DNA from: Terriglobia bacterium
GTDB taxonomy: Bacteria > Acidobacteriota > Terriglobia > Acidiferrales > UBA7541
Direction: 5' to 3'
Assembly (NCBI GenBank): GCA_963695545.1
Contig: OY968796.1
Span: 3,712,001-3,776,000, forward strand
Length of the DNA: 64,000 bases
Position numbers and translations under genes: made by a program
The notes under the pieces: generated by a model
The model's database searches: none
What the model was told of the DNA's origin: nothing
The model's input: only the letters and a program-made list of their open reading frames with translations
Shown: one piece after another, positions 9,471 to 20,663 of the stretch
How the letters are laid out: every line of letters starts with the position of its first letter
How positions within the stretch are numbered: the first letter of the stretch is position 1

Positions 9471-10796
9471 TTACGCTGCGCGAAGCGCTTCCTTCGCGGC
9501 GGCCACGGTCTCGGCGACGTCCTGTTCGAAATGAGCGGCCGAGACAAACAGCGCCTCGAACTGCGACGGCGGCAAAAGAACTCCGCGATCCAGCATCGCG
9601 CGGAAGAACGCTCCGAATCGCGCTGTATCGCAGCGTTTCACGTCCGCGTAATTGCGCATCGCGCCTGCCGCAAAAAATATCGTGAGCAACGAACCAACTC
9701 GTACCAGTTTCGCGGCAATTCCGGCATCGGCAATCGCGCGAGACACTCCGTCGGCCAGCTTCGCGGCTTTGCGATCGAGCGCATCGTAAAATCCGGGCGC
9801 CGCCAATTTCTCGAGCGTCGCGAGGCCCGCGCGCACAGCCACCGGATTGCCCGAAAGCGTCCCAGCTTGATAGACCGGCCCTTCCGGCGCGAGCCGCAGC
9901 ATCAAATCGCGCCGCCCGCCGTACGCCGCGAGCGGCAAACCTCCGCCGACGATCTTGCCGAGCGTCGTCAAATCGGGCGTGATTCCGTAAAGCGTCTGCG
10001 CGCCGCCGTAGCACAGCCGAAATCCGCTAATCACTTCATCAAAAATCAGCAGCGCGCCATTTCGCGTCGTGATCTCGCGCAATGCCTTGAGAAAGCCAGC
10101 CGCAGGCGGCACAACTCCCATATTCGCCGCGACAGGTTCGACAATCACCGCCGCGATTTTCGCGCGATGCGCGCCGAAGACTCGTTCCACCGCTTCAAGA
10201 TCGTTGTACGGAGCATTGAGCGTCAGCGCGGCCAAAGCTTGCGGCACGCCCGGACTTGAAGCGATCCCCAGCGTCGCCAAACCCGATCCGGCTTGCGAAA
10301 GGAAACTATCGGCGTGACCGTGATAGCAGCCCTCGAATTTAAGAATGAGGTCGCGCCCGGTCGCCGCGCGCGCCAGACGCACTGCGCTCATAGTGGCCTC
10401 TGTGCCGGAACTGACGAGGCGTACTTTTTCAATCGATGGCAACGCGCCCACGATGCGCGCCGCGAGTTCCGCCTCGGCACTCGTGGTCATGCCGTAACTT
10501 GTTCCGCGAGCAGCCTGCTCCGCGACGGCGCGAACAACATCCGGATCCGCGTGCCCCAGAATCAGCGCGCCCCACGAGCAAACGTAGTCGAGATATTCGT
10601 TGCCGTCGGCATCCCAAAGTCGCGCGCCCGCGGCTCGCTCGACGACAACCGGCTCTCCACCGACCGCGCCGAACGCGCGCACCGGGCTATTGACCCCGCC
10701 GATGAGCAGCTCCTGCGCTCGCGCGAACAATTCGCGCGAGCGGGCGCGGACGCGAGCGCGCTTCGGCGGCGTGGCGCCCTTCGATTCCTCAGCCAT
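9471..10796 (-). CDS. hemL: glutamate-1-semialdehyde 2,1-aminomutase
   Basis: [47 protein letters not shown]. Confidence 0.97.
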   Translation of the reverse strand: MAEESKGATPPKRARVRARSRELFARAQELLIGGVNSPVRAFGAVGGEPVVVERAAGARLWDADGNEYLDYVCSWGALILGHADPDVVRAVAEQAARGTSYGMTTSAEAELAARIVGALPSIEKVRLVSSGTEATMSAVRLARAATGRDLILKFEGCYHGHADSFLSQAGSGLATLGIASSPGVPQALAALTLNAPYNDLEAVERVFGAHRAKIAAVIVEPVAANMGVVPPAAGFLKALREITTRNGALLIFDEVISGFRLCYGGAQTLYGITPDLTTLGKIVGGGLPLAAYGGRRDLMLRLAPEGPVYQAGTLSGNPVAVRAGLATLEKLAAPGFYDALDRKAAKLADGVSRAIADAGIAAKLVRVGSLLTIFFAAGAMRNYADVKRCDTARFGAFFRAMLDRGVLLPPSQFEALFVSAAHFEQDVAETVAAAKEALRAA

Positions 10797-10800
10797 AATT

Positions 10801-11781
10801 TTATTGCGCGCCCTTGAGCCAGCGCGCGGCGTCTTTGGCGTGATAGGTGAGAATGAAACTCGCGCCCGCGCGCGCGATTCCGGTGAGAATTTCGAGCGTG
10901 ACGCGCTCTTCGTCGATCCAGCCGTTGCGCGCCGCGGCCTTGACCATCGCGTATTCGCCGCTGACGCTGTACGCGCCCACCGGCACATCGAATCGCTCGC
11001 GCACCGCGCGCACCACGTCGAGATACGCCATCGCTGGCTTGACCATCACCATGTCGGCGCCTTCGGCCACGTCGAGCTCCACTTCGCGCAGCGCTTCGCG
11101 CGCGTTGGCCGGATCCATCTGGTAACTGCGGCGATCGCCGAATTGCGGCGCCGATTGCGCGGCTTCGCGGAAAGGCCCGTAAAATCCAGAACAATATTTC
11201 GCCGCGTAGGACAGAATCGCGGTCTGTTCAAATCCGTGCAAATCAAGCGCCTGCCGTACCGCGCCTACGCGCCCATCCATCATGTCCGATGGCGCAACAA
11301 TATCGGCGCCAGCCTGCGCGTGCGACAGTGCCTCGGCCGCCAGCACTTCGACCGTCGCGTCGTTCTGCACGTCGCCATTCTCGACGATCCCGCAATGCCC
11401 GTGGCTCGTGTATTCGCACAAGCACACGTCGGTCGCGATCAGCAGCCCAAGTTTGGCTTTGCGAATGCCCTCAACTGCGCGCTGCACAACGCCGGTGGGC
11501 GAATACGATTCCGTCCCGCGCTCGTCCTTCTTCTCAGGGATGCCGAACAAAAGAACCGCCGGAATTCCCAGCGATTCCACTTCCCTGCACTCTTCGACCA
11601 GCCGATCCGCCGACTGCTGAAAAATTCCCGGCATGGACCCGACTTCGGCGCGCACGCCCGATCCCGGACAAACGAACATCGGATAGATGAAGCTCGAAAC
11701 CGAAAGGCGCGTCTCGCGCACCAGACCGCGGATGGCCTCCGAACGCCGCAGCCGCCGCGGACGCGTCACGGGAAAACTCAT
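10801..11781 (-). CDS. hemB: porphobilinogen synthase
   Basis: [39 protein letters not shown]. Confidence 0.98.
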   Translation of the reverse strand: MSFPVTRPRRLRRSEAIRGLVRETRLSVSSFIYPMFVCPGSGVRAEVGSMPGIFQQSADRLVEECREVESLGIPAVLLFGIPEKKDERGTESYSPTGVVQRAVEGIRKAKLGLLIATDVCLCEYTSHGHCGIVENGDVQNDATVEVLAAEALSHAQAGADIVAPSDMMDGRVGAVRQALDLHGFEQTAILSYAAKYCSGFYGPFREAAQSAPQFGDRRSYQMDPANAREALREVELDVAEGADMVMVKPAMAYLDVVRAVRERFDVPVGAYSVSGEYAMVKAAARNGWIDEERVTLEILTGIARAGASFILTYHAKDAARWLKGAQ

Positions 11782-12581
11782 ACCGACGCCTCCTGGGCGC
11801 CGGAACCCGCAGCAAAATAATCCGCAACCGCGCGCACCAGCGAAGCCGCCGTGGCTTCCTTGGCCACAATCGCCACAGGCAATCCCGCCTCACGAATCGC
11901 GCCCGCCGTCGCCGGCCCCACCGCAGCCAGCGCCGCGCGCGCCGCGACGCGCCGGAGTGTGCCGTGACCGAACTCCGCCTGCAAATTCGCCAGCGCCGAA
12001 GGACTGAAGATCGAAACCACGTCGATCTCCGCCGCGCGAAATTTCTCCGCGACGTGAGCCTCGTGCGCGCCCATTCCTCCCGTTCGATACACCACGACTT
12101 GAACCACATTCGCTCCCTGCGCCAACAATGCCTGCGGCAAATCCTGATTCGCTCGATCGCTCCGCGGCAACAAAACTTTGCGTCCCGAGACCGCGGGGCC
12201 CAGCTCGCGTCCGAGCGCCACGCCGCGGTATTCGCGCGCCACATATTCCACGCGAAACCCCTCGGCCGTTGCCGCACTCGCCGTAGCCGGCCCCACCGCC
12301 GCGAAGCGCGGCGGCGCGGCCAGGGGCACCGCGGCCACGACCGTCCTGCATCGGCCCGCAAAAAACTTCGCCGCGTTCACGCTCGTCAGCAACACCCAGT
12401 CGTAGCTCGCGAGCTCCCGAATCGCGGCGTCCAAAGGTTCGCAATCCACCGGCGCCGAAAAGCTGACCGCGGGGAGCACGAACACCACCGCGCCCAAAAC
12501 CCGGAAGCCTTCCACCACTTCGCGCGCCTGCTCCGGAGAACGCGTCACAACGATGCGTTTTCCCGCAAGTTCGCCGCTCAT
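11778..12581 (-). CDS. hemD: uroporphyrinogen-III synthase
   Basis: GKRIVVTR, LTSVNA, AVGPATA, VVYRT, FSPSA. Confidence 0.9.
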   Translation of the reverse strand: MSGELAGKRIVVTRSPEQAREVVEGFRVLGAVVFVLPAVSFSAPVDCEPLDAAIRELASYDWVLLTSVNAAKFFAGRCRTVVAAVPLAAPPRFAAVGPATASAATAEGFRVEYVAREYRGVALGRELGPAVSGRKVLLPRSDRANQDLPQALLAQGANVVQVVVYRTGGMGAHEAHVAEKFRAAEIDVVSIFSPSALANLQAEFGHGTLRRVAARAALAAVGPATAGAIREAGLPVAIVAKEATAASLVRAVADYFAAGSGAQEASV

Positions 12582-13534
12582 GGCGCTTTTTCCGCTTGAG
12601 ATTGCCGGCGCCCCGCGAGAATTCGGTCCGCGCCGTCCGCAATCATCGCCGCGGCCAAATTTCGTCCGAGTTCTTCGGGCCGATCCGCGCGGCCCGCGGT
12701 CCGCCGCCGCAGGCAATCCGAGCCATCCGGTGAAAGCACGACGGCGTCGAGCTTCATTTGATCACTTGCACCGGCGCGCGGCTCGATCCGCGCCCAAGCT
12801 CCAATCGGAATTTGGCAGCCTCCGCCGAGCCCCGCGAGCAAGGCCCGCTCGGCCTCGACGCACGCGCGCGTTTCGGCGTGATCGAGTTTCCTCAATCGCC
12901 CGATTATTTCGGCGTCGTCCACGCGCGCTTCGATCGTCAGCGCTCCCTGTCCCGCCGCGGGCAGACTAATCTCTACCGGCAAGATTTCCGTGATGCGTTG
13001 GCTAAGGCCCAGCCGGTCGAGACCGGCCTTCGCCAGAACGATCGCGTCGTAATCGCCGCGATCGAGTTTTCCCAAGCGCGTATCCACATTGCCACGCAAT
13101 TCGGCCACCCCAAGATCGGCTCGATAGTGGCGCAACTGACTCTGCCGGCGCAAGCTGCTCGTCCCCACGCGCGCGCCCGGGGGCAGGGCGTCGAGTCTTG
13201 CTCCAGAGCGCGAGACGAGAGCGTCACGCACATCCTCGCGCTCCAGAAAAGCGGCCAGCGTGAGCCCCGCAGGCAATGGATCTGTCGGAACATCCTTCAA
13301 ACTGTGCACGGCCAGATCCACGCGCCCATCGAGCAGCGCGTCTTCCAGTTCCTTCAGGAACATCCCCTTCGTTCCCACTTGGCCGAATGGCAAATTCACC
13401 GCGCGGTCGCCGGTCGTCTTGATCACCACGATCGTGGCGTCCGCTCCGACCCGCTCGCGAAGCAATCGCCGCACGTGCTCGGCTTGCCAGAGCGCGAGTG
13501 CGCTACCGCGCGAGCCAATCGAAAGCAGTCTCAA
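12578..13534 (-). CDS. hemC: hydroxymethylbilane synthase
   Basis: GSRGSALALWQA, AVHSLKD, GTSSLRR, RGNVDTRL, GGGCQIP. Confidence 0.98.
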   Translation of the reverse strand: MRLLSIGSRGSALALWQAEHVRRLLRERVGADATIVVIKTTGDRAVNLPFGQVGTKGMFLKELEDALLDGRVDLAVHSLKDVPTDPLPAGLTLAAFLEREDVRDALVSRSGARLDALPPGARVGTSSLRRQSQLRHYRADLGVAELRGNVDTRLGKLDRGDYDAIVLAKAGLDRLGLSQRITEILPVEISLPAAGQGALTIEARVDDAEIIGRLRKLDHAETRACVEAERALLAGLGGGCQIPIGAWARIEPRAGASDQMKLDAVVLSPDGSDCLRRRTAGRADRPEELGRNLAAAMIADGADRILAGRRQSQAEKAP

Positions 13535-14808
13535 GGTTTGCCTTGATCGAGGCGAAACAGATCGCGCAACGCTTCCAGATTCTGCAGCTTCCTTCGCAAT
13601 TCGCGCTCGCCGCGCAGCCGCTCGGCCGGATCGAGCAGCACTTGATCCAGAAACTCCTCGAGCAAACGCGCCACCCGCGCGCGGTCCGCTTCCGGCAAAT
13701 GCGCGAGATCTCCCATCCGCGCCGCGAGAAACGTCTCGCGCTCCGCCCCGAGCCGCTCCCGCAGCCCGGCGAGCACGACGTTTGCGTTGACTCCCGCTTG
13801 CCAGTTCAGAAATTTGTCCACGTGTTCGCCGACGATCTCTTCCGCGCGTGGAACTTCCGCCGCGCGCGCGCGTTTATTTTGCTCGACGATTTCCTGCAGG
13901 TCGTCGATGTTGTAGAGATAGACGTTGTAGAGCGCGGCGACGCCCGGCTCGACATTGCGCGGCACTCCCAGATCGATCAGCAGCAACGCGCGATTCCCGC
14001 GCGCCTCCATGGCGCGTTCAACAACAGCTCGCGTCAAAACCGGCTCGGCGCTCGAAACCGAGCTGACCACCATGTCCGGCCAATCGAGCGCCGCGGACAA
14101 GTTCTCCCACGCGACTGCTTCCGCTTTGAAGCGCCCCGCGAGATCCATCCCGCGCTCGGCCGATCGATTCGAGACGCGCAATCGCCCGATCCCGCGATCG
14201 CGCAGATGCGTCACCACAAGTTCGCCGGTATCGCCCGCACCCAGAATCAGAGCGCTGTGATTCTTCAAGCTGCCGAAAATTCTCTCGGCAAGCTTCACGC
14301 CCGCAAAGGCCACGGACACCGGCCGCGTTCCAATCTCCGTTTCCGCGCGCACGCGCTTGCCGACTTCGAGCGCCCCTTGAAACATGCGGTTCAGCACCGG
14401 CCCCGTCGCCCCGTGATCGAGCGCGATGCGATACGCTTCGCGCACCTGCCCCAGAATTTCCGCCTCGCCCAACAGCATGGAATCGAGGCCCGCAGCCACG
14501 CGATAAAGATGCCGCACGACATCGAGATCGCGATGCCGATATAGGCTTGCTCCCAATTCATCCGGCCGCATCTGGTGAAACGACGCCAGGAAAAGTTCCA
14601 TCGCCGCGGCGCTATCCGCCGTGGTTTCCGGCGGCACACCGTAAAGCTCGCTGCGATTGCACGTCGATAGCACCAGCGTCTCTTCGAGAATGCCGCGCGA
14701 GCGCAATTGCTCCGCCGCCACGCGCGCTTGCTCGGCGCTGAACGCCACGCGTTCGCGCAGCGCAAGCGTCGCCGTGCGGTGATTCAATCCGATGAGAACA
14801 AGTTCCAT
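13531..14808 (-). CDS. hemA: glutamyl-tRNA reductase
   Basis: GLNHRTA, LSTCNRSE, GLDSMLLGEAEILGQ, DLGVPRN. Confidence 0.97.
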   Translation of the reverse strand: MELVLIGLNHRTATLALRERVAFSAEQARVAAEQLRSRGILEETLVLSTCNRSELYGVPPETTADSAAAMELFLASFHQMRPDELGASLYRHRDLDVVRHLYRVAAGLDSMLLGEAEILGQVREAYRIALDHGATGPVLNRMFQGALEVGKRVRAETEIGTRPVSVAFAGVKLAERIFGSLKNHSALILGAGDTGELVVTHLRDRGIGRLRVSNRSAERGMDLAGRFKAEAVAWENLSAALDWPDMVVSSVSSAEPVLTRAVVERAMEARGNRALLLIDLGVPRNVEPGVAALYNVYLYNIDDLQEIVEQNKRARAAEVPRAEEIVGEHVDKFLNWQAGVNANVVLAGLRERLGAERETFLAARMGDLAHLPEADRARVARLLEEFLDQVLLDPAERLRGERELRRKLQNLEALRDLFRLDQGKP

Positions 14809-14819
14809 CCGCGCCGTGC

Positions 14820-15638
14820 TCACAAGTACCGATGAAATCGCGACAAATACAGATTGACGATGCTGTAGCTGAAAATCACGAACAAGAAATTTGCCACGCA
14901 GAGTGCCGAAGCCCGCGCCCCGCGCCACGTTCCCGTCCGCGCGAGAACCAAATACGCCGCGTACGCCGCAAAAATCAGCAGCGTCACGCCGACCTTCCAA
15001 TCATCGTCCCAGTATCGTCCGAGCAGACGATGCGCCCACACGAAGCCCGTCACTACGCCGATCGCGAGTAACAGCAACCCCACGCGAACGCTCAATCGGC
15101 TAAGACGCTCAAGCGCATCGAGCGCCGGAAATCTCCAGCCGACCGCGCCCATCCTTCTGTCCCGCAGCATGCGATTCTGGATCAGATAAATCACGCTGGC
15201 CACGAACGAAAGTGCGAATGCCGCATAGGCCCAAATATTCAGCGTGACGTGAAGCGCGAAAATCGCTCCGCGCGCCGGCGGTGCGGACGACCCGGGCGTC
15301 GCGAAAACGTGCGCGAACAGGAAAAGGGCGAGCACCACCGGCAAAACGAACGCCCCGACCGTCTTCTGCCGCAACACGAGTTCCAGGCCCAGGTATGTCG
15401 CCGCCAGCAGCCACGCAAAAAGCGAAAGCGATCCCGCCAGATCGTCGTAGGGCACGCCGTGAATCATGCGCGAACGCGCGATCAGCGCAAAGTAATGCAA
15501 AATTAGGCCCCCGGCCAGCGCAAACGTCGCGGCGCGGCCCACCGCGCGCTTAGGCGCGTATAGAAATCGCACATAGCAGCCGAAGCTCGCGGCGTAACAC
15601 GCCAGCGTCACAACGACGAGGATGCGGTAATTTGTCAT
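14820..15638 (-). CDS. cytochrome c assembly family (CcsA/HemX-like) membrane protein
   Basis: about 8 hydrophobic helices, conserved His (LHVTL), W-rich 'WAH...WDDDWK' loop; first gene of the hemA operon. Confidence 0.8.
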   Translation of the reverse strand: MTNYRILVVVTLACYAASFGCYVRFLYAPKRAVGRAATFALAGGLILHYFALIARSRMIHGVPYDDLAGSLSLFAWLLAATYLGLELVLRQKTVGAFVLPVVLALFLFAHVFATPGSSAPPARGAIFALHVTLNIWAYAAFALSFVASVIYLIQNRMLRDRRMGAVGWRFPALDALERLSRLSVRVGLLLLAIGVVTGFVWAHRLLGRYWDDDWKVGVTLLIFAAYAAYLVLARTGTWRGARASALCVANFLFVIFSYSIVNLYLSRFHRYL

Positions 15639-15810
15639 AATTGACGGCAACCGGCAGCGCGACGCAAAGCCCCTTCGCTTCCCCCGCGCATGGGCACACA
15701 GTGGCTTGCCCAACGTCGCCTCGAAGTCGCGCCCATTATAGCCCGTCTGCACGCGGCCGACACGCCAGCTGCCACCGCCGCTCCCGCTGCGTCATCCGCG
15801 CGGTTTTGCT

Positions 15811-16947
15811 ATGATGAAACGCGAGAAGACCCTCGAAATGAACACTATGGAACGCGTTGGCGGCTTACCGAGCCGCAAAGACCTCTTTCTCCGCGCCTGC
15901 CGATGCGAGCCTGTGGAGCGCGTGCCGGTATGGATGATGCGCCAGGCCGGCCGCTTCCTTCCCGAATACCGCGCCCTGCGGCAAAAACACAGCTTCCTCG
16001 AAACTTGCAAGTCGCCGGAGTTGGCCGCTGAAATCTCCTTGCAGCCGTTTCGCGCGCTCGACGTCGATGCGGTCATACTTTTCTCCGATATTCTGATTCT
16101 CGCCGAAGCCATGGGCGTCCCGATCGAAATCGCCGACGCCGGCCCGGTCATCCAGCAAACCGTACGCACCGGCTCGCAAATCGACGCCCTGAAATTGTTC
16201 GATCCCGAAACCGAAACCGGATTCACGATGTCCGCGATTCGTCGCCTGGTGCGCGAACTCGGGCCGGATGTGCCCGTCCTCGGATTCGCCGCGGCGCCGT
16301 GGACCCTGGCCTGTTACTTGATCGAAGGCCGCAACGAACCCGGCTTCCCTGCGGCTAAGTCTATGCGCATCGCCGAGCCATCATTGCTGCGCCAGCTGCT
16401 CGAAAAAATCGCGCGCGCCACCGCGCTCTATCTGCGCGCTCAAATTGCCGCCGGCGCCACAGCGGTCCAACTCTTCGATACGTGGGCCGGCGACTTGACG
16501 CTCGACGAATATCGCGAATTCGCACTCGGCCCCACGCAGCAAATCATTCAGGATGTTGCCGCGGCATCGCGCGCCCCAATTATTCTGTTCACCAAAGCTT
16601 CAAATCATTTGCTCGACGCCGTGGCCGAATCCTGTGCAACAGTTCTTAGCGTGGGCGCAAGCGTCGATCTCGCGGATTTACGCCGGCGCTTCGGCACATC
16701 GATCGCGCTGCAAGGCAACGTCGATCCGAATATTCTTCTCGGCCCCGAGTCCGCGATCCGCGACGCCGCCCGGCAAGCCGTCGCCAAAACCGGGGGCGTC
16801 GGCCACATCCTAAATCTCGGCCACGGCGTGCTTCCGCTAACGCCCGTGGCGCACGCGCGCGCGTTTGTGCAAGCGGGCCAATCCGCTCCGCTGCGCGCTG
16901 GCGTCGCTGCAGTTCGCGACGCAAGCCCCGCCGCGCGGAGCGTCTAG
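15811..16947 (+). CDS. hemE: uroporphyrinogen decarboxylase (start may be 15838 or 15847)
   Basis: PVWMMRQAGR, ILFSDIL, QLFDTWAG, QGNVDP, NLGHGV. Confidence 0.97.
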   Translation: MMKREKTLEMNTMERVGGLPSRKDLFLRACRCEPVERVPVWMMRQAGRFLPEYRALRQKHSFLETCKSPELAAEISLQPFRALDVDAVILFSDILILAEAMGVPIEIADAGPVIQQTVRTGSQIDALKLFDPETETGFTMSAIRRLVRELGPDVPVLGFAAAPWTLACYLIEGRNEPGFPAAKSMRIAEPSLLRQLLEKIARATALYLRAQIAAGATAVQLFDTWAGDLTLDEYREFALGPTQQIIQDVAAASRAPIILFTKASNHLLDAVAESCATVLSVGASVDLADLRRRFGTSIALQGNVDPNILLGPESAIRDAARQAVAKTGGVGHILNLGHGVLPLTPVAHARAFVQAGQSAPLRAGVAAVRDASPAARSV

Positions 16948-16955
16948 GCGAACTC

Positions 16956-18368
16956 ATGTCCTCGCTCAACGCCAATTCCGATCCGAGCCTGTTGCATCTT
17001 GAAATCTCCGAGGATTTCCTCAAGAAATACAATCGCCCCGGCCCGCGCTACACGAGTTATCCAACCGCGCCGATCTGGCAAGACGATTTCGGCCCCGACG
17101 ATCTCGAAGAAACGTTTCGCCGCGCCGACCAGTTGCGCACGCCCGCTTCGCTCTATATGCATCTGCCGTTCTGCGAAAGCCTGTGCCTTTTCTGCGCCTG
17201 CAACGTTGTCATAGAAAAAGATCACGCCGCCGCGCCGCCCTATCTCGATCTGCTGAAGCGCGAAATCGAGCACGTCAGCCAATTCGTCTCGCGCAGCCGC
17301 CCCATCGTGCAATTCCACTGGGGCGGCGGCACGCCAACCTATCTTTCTCCCGCGCAGATGGAGGATCTCTTCGGCTTCGCCGCTGCGCGCTTTTCAATCG
17401 CGCCCGACGCCGAAATCGGCATCGAAGTGGATCCGCGCGTCACTTCATTTGCGCATCTCGAATCGCTGCGCCGACTCGGCTTCAATCGCCTCAGCCTGGG
17501 CATCCAGGATTTTCATCCCGAAGTCCAGGAAGCCGTCCGCCGCATTCAGCCCTTCGACGCCACGCGCGATCTGATCGCTGCCGCCCGCGCTCTCGGTTTC
17601 GCCAGCATCAACGTTGACCTCATCTACGGTCTGCCATTTCAGACGGCACCGCGTTTCGCGCACACCGTCGAGCAAGTTTTGACGTTGCATCCGGATCGCG
17701 TCGCGCTGTTCAGCTACGCACACGTTCCCTGGCTGCGTAAACAGCAAGGCGCTTTCGCCGCGCATCTCCCCGAAGGTATGGAAAAATTCCGTATTTTCCG
17801 CGCCGGCCTCGACGCTTTTCTCGGCGCGGGCTACGTTTATATCGGCATGGATCATTTCGCGCTTCCCGACGACGAGCTCGCGATCGCGCAGCGCGAACGC
17901 ACGCTGCACAGAAATTTTCAAGGCTACACCACCAAGGCCGGCGCCGATCTCTACGGAATGGGAGTCAGCGCAATCAGCGCCATCGGCGAATCCTACGCGC
18001 AAAATGTTCGCGATCTCCCCGGCTACGGCGCGCGCATTTCCGAGCGCGGCATCGCCACCATGCGCGGCTATCGCCTTTCCGCCGACGATCGCCTGCGCCG
18101 CGCCGTGATCAGCCGCCTGCTGTGCCACACCGTGGTGCGCAAATCCGAAATCGAATCGGAATTCTGCGTTCGCTTCGATGAAACTTTCGCGCCGGAACTC
18201 GAACGCCTGAATTCCTTCGCCGCCGACGGCCTGCTCGTCTCCGCCCCCGACGAAATTCGCGTCACCGGCCCCGGCCGAGTCTTCATCCGCAACGTGGCCA
18301 TGGTTTTCGATCCGTATCTCGATCGGCAGAAGCTCGAAGGCCAGCCGCTGTACTCGAAAACACTCTAG
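16956..18368 (+). CDS. hemN: oxygen-independent coproporphyrinogen III dehydrogenase
   Basis: PGPRYTSYPTA, CxxxCxxC (CESLCLFC), HWGGGTP, IGMDHFA, RNFQGY. Confidence 0.96.
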   Translation: MSSLNANSDPSLLHLEISEDFLKKYNRPGPRYTSYPTAPIWQDDFGPDDLEETFRRADQLRTPASLYMHLPFCESLCLFCACNVVIEKDHAAAPPYLDLLKREIEHVSQFVSRSRPIVQFHWGGGTPTYLSPAQMEDLFGFAAARFSIAPDAEIGIEVDPRVTSFAHLESLRRLGFNRLSLGIQDFHPEVQEAVRRIQPFDATRDLIAAARALGFASINVDLIYGLPFQTAPRFAHTVEQVLTLHPDRVALFSYAHVPWLRKQQGAFAAHLPEGMEKFRIFRAGLDAFLGAGYVYIGMDHFALPDDELAIAQRERTLHRNFQGYTTKAGADLYGMGVSAISAIGESYAQNVRDLPGYGARISERGIATMRGYRLSADDRLRRAVISRLLCHTVVRKSEIESEFCVRFDETFAPELERLNSFAADGLLVSAPDEIRVTGPGRVFIRNVAMVFDPYLDRQKLEGQPLYSKTL

Positions 18369-18374
18369 CCGCCC

Positions 18375-19163
18375 GTGCCTGAAGACACTACGAACCTCCC
18401 CGTCGCGGCTTCGCAAACATGGAATCCCGAAACCTACGCGCGCAACGCGCGTTTCGTCGCCGAACTCGGCGCGCCCGTCGTGGATTTGTTGGCGCCTCGT
18501 CCCGGCGAACGCATTCTCGATCTCGGTTGCGGCGATGGCGCGCTGACGGCGAAGCTCGCCGCGCTCGGCTGCGATGTCGTCGGCGTGGATTCGAGCGCCG
18601 CGCAAATCGAAGCCGCTTGCAGACTCGGCCTGGATGCGCGTGAGATCTCGGCCGCCGCATTGCGCTTCGACGCCGAATTCGACGCCGTGTTCAGCAACGC
18701 CGTGCTTCACTGGATCAAAACTCCCGACGCCGTGATTGCCGGCGTTTGGCGCGCGCTGCGCACGCCCGGCCGTTTCGTCGGCGAAATGGGCGGCCACGGC
18801 AACGTCGCGACAATCAAAAAAGCGTTGCTCGACGCGCTCGCGCGCCGCGGCCTCGACGGCGAATCTGCCAACCCCTGGTATTACCCCACGGTCGAAGAAT
18901 ATTCCACGCGCCTCACGCGCGCCGGCTTTCGCGTGCGCACGATGCAAATGATCCCGCGCCCCACGCCGCTGCCCGGCGACATCGCCGCGTGGCTTGAAAC
19001 TTTCTCCGAAAGTTTCACCTCGCTCGTGCCGCTATCCGAACGCGCGGCCTTCATCGCCGAAGTCCAAGAAGCGCTGCGCTCGCAATTGTGCGACGCCGAA
19101 GGACGCTGGACCGCCGATTACGTCCGCCTGCGCTTCGCCGCCGATAAACTCGCTTTACCCTGA
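18375..19163 (+). CDS. class I SAM-dependent methyltransferase
   Basis: ILDLGCGDG, FDAVFSNAVLHW, ADYVRLRF. Confidence 0.9.
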   Translation: MPEDTTNLPVAASQTWNPETYARNARFVAELGAPVVDLLAPRPGERILDLGCGDGALTAKLAALGCDVVGVDSSAAQIEAACRLGLDAREISAAALRFDAEFDAVFSNAVLHWIKTPDAVIAGVWRALRTPGRFVGEMGGHGNVATIKKALLDALARRGLDGESANPWYYPTVEEYSTRLTRAGFRVRTMQMIPRPTPLPGDIAAWLETFSESFTSLVPLSERAAFIAEVQEALRSQLCDAEGRWTADYVRLRFAADKLALP

Positions 19164-19167
19164 GCGC

Positions 19168-20574
19168 ATGCCGGCAGCCGCTCCATCCGCAATCGTCATC
19201 GGCGCCGGAATCTCCGGACTAACGTGCGCGTACCGCCTGCGCCGCGGCGGCGTTTCTGTCTTGCTCCTCGAAGCGTCATCGCGCTCCGGCGGCATTATCC
19301 GCAGCGTGCATCAAGACGATGGTTTTCTCTTCGAGCTCGGGCCACAAAGTTTTCTTGTCGACGCGCCGCTCCTGGCGCTGATCGAAGAATTGGGACTCGG
19401 CGAGAATCTTTTGCGCGCGAATCCGCGCGCGCCGCGCTATGTTCTGCATCGCGGACGCCTTCGCGCCGTCCCGCTCGGCCCCGCCGCCCTGATCGGCACG
19501 CGTCTCTTGAGCGCGCGCACGAAACTGCGTATCGTCGCCGAATTTTTCCACCGCACACGTCCGCCCGACGAAGATGAATCCGTAGCCACTTTCGTTCGCC
19601 GCAAATTCGGCGACGAAATTCTCGAACGCATCGTGGCCCCGATGGTTTCCGGCATCTTCGCGGGCGACCCCGAATCTCTCAGCGTTTCCGCCGCCTTCCC
19701 TTCGCTGCGCTGCTACGAACTTGAACACGGCAGCGTCGTGCGTGGCGCGCTCAAATCGCGTCCGGCCAAAGGCGAGACGCGCCCCAGCCTCTGCTCTTTC
19801 TCCGATGGCATGGAGACGCTGCCCGCCGCGCTAGCCGAATCTCTGGGCGACGCGCTCTGGTGCGACACCCAAGTGCAATCCGTTCGCGCAGCCGCGACCG
19901 AAGCTTCTGCCCGGCCCCGAAGCGCGCGATTCCAAATCGACATCCTGCGCCGCGGCACGCCAGAAATATTGGCAGCCGACGCCGTGATCGTCGCCGCGCC
20001 ATGCGACGCGTCGGCCAACATCCTCTCAACGCTCTCCGGACCTCTCGCCGAAACGCTTCGCCAAGTCGAATATGCGCCAGTTGCAGTCGTCTGCGCAGGT
20101 TACGCGCGCGCCTCCGTCGGAAATTCGCTCGATGGGTTCGGCTTCCTCGTCCCGCGCAGCGAAGGTTTGCATCTTCTCGGAAACGTCTGGAATTCCTCGC
20201 TCTTCCCCGATCGCGCGCCCCTCGGCCACGTCAGTCTGGCGAGCTTCGCCGGCGGCGCAACCGATCCCGAATTCTGCGCGCTGCCGGAATCGGAAATCGC
20301 CGCGCAGATTACCAAGGAGCTCGCGCAAATTTTGCGCATCACCGCTCCGCCCGCCGCGCTCAGTGTGCAAAAATATGCCCGCGCACTGCCGCAATATAAT
20401 CTGGGCCACGCTCGCATCGTCGAATCTCTCTCAAAGCTCACGGCCGCCACGCCCGGCCTCTTCCTGTCCGGAAATTATCTCTCCGGTCCATCCGTCGGCG
20501 CCTGCATCGCTCAGGCCGCGCAAACCTGCGAATCCGTACTGGCTAGCCTGTCACTTAATCGGGATTCGACCTGA
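19168..20574 (+). CDS. hemY: HemY-type protoporphyrinogen/coproporphyrinogen oxidase
   Basis: VIGAGISGL FAD-binding motif, ELGPQSF, GFGFLVP, ALPQY; heme cluster context. Confidence 0.92.
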   Translation: MPAAAPSAIVIGAGISGLTCAYRLRRGGVSVLLLEASSRSGGIIRSVHQDDGFLFELGPQSFLVDAPLLALIEELGLGENLLRANPRAPRYVLHRGRLRAVPLGPAALIGTRLLSARTKLRIVAEFFHRTRPPDEDESVATFVRRKFGDEILERIVAPMVSGIFAGDPESLSVSAAFPSLRCYELEHGSVVRGALKSRPAKGETRPSLCSFSDGMETLPAALAESLGDALWCDTQVQSVRAAATEASARPRSARFQIDILRRGTPEILAADAVIVAAPCDASANILSTLSGPLAETLRQVEYAPVAVVCAGYARASVGNSLDGFGFLVPRSEGLHLLGNVWNSSLFPDRAPLGHVSLASFAGGATDPEFCALPESEIAAQITKELAQILRITAPPAALSVQKYARALPQYNLGHARIVESLSKLTAATPGLFLSGNYLSGPSVGACIAQAAQTCESVLASLSLNRDST

Positions 20575-20663
20575 TTCGCCGAGCCTCCAAGCTCGCGGGC
20601 GCCGCGCAGCCAAGCCCGCGCGCGTCCGACCTTACTCTCGCGTCCGACGAGCCGTAGGTGCTC

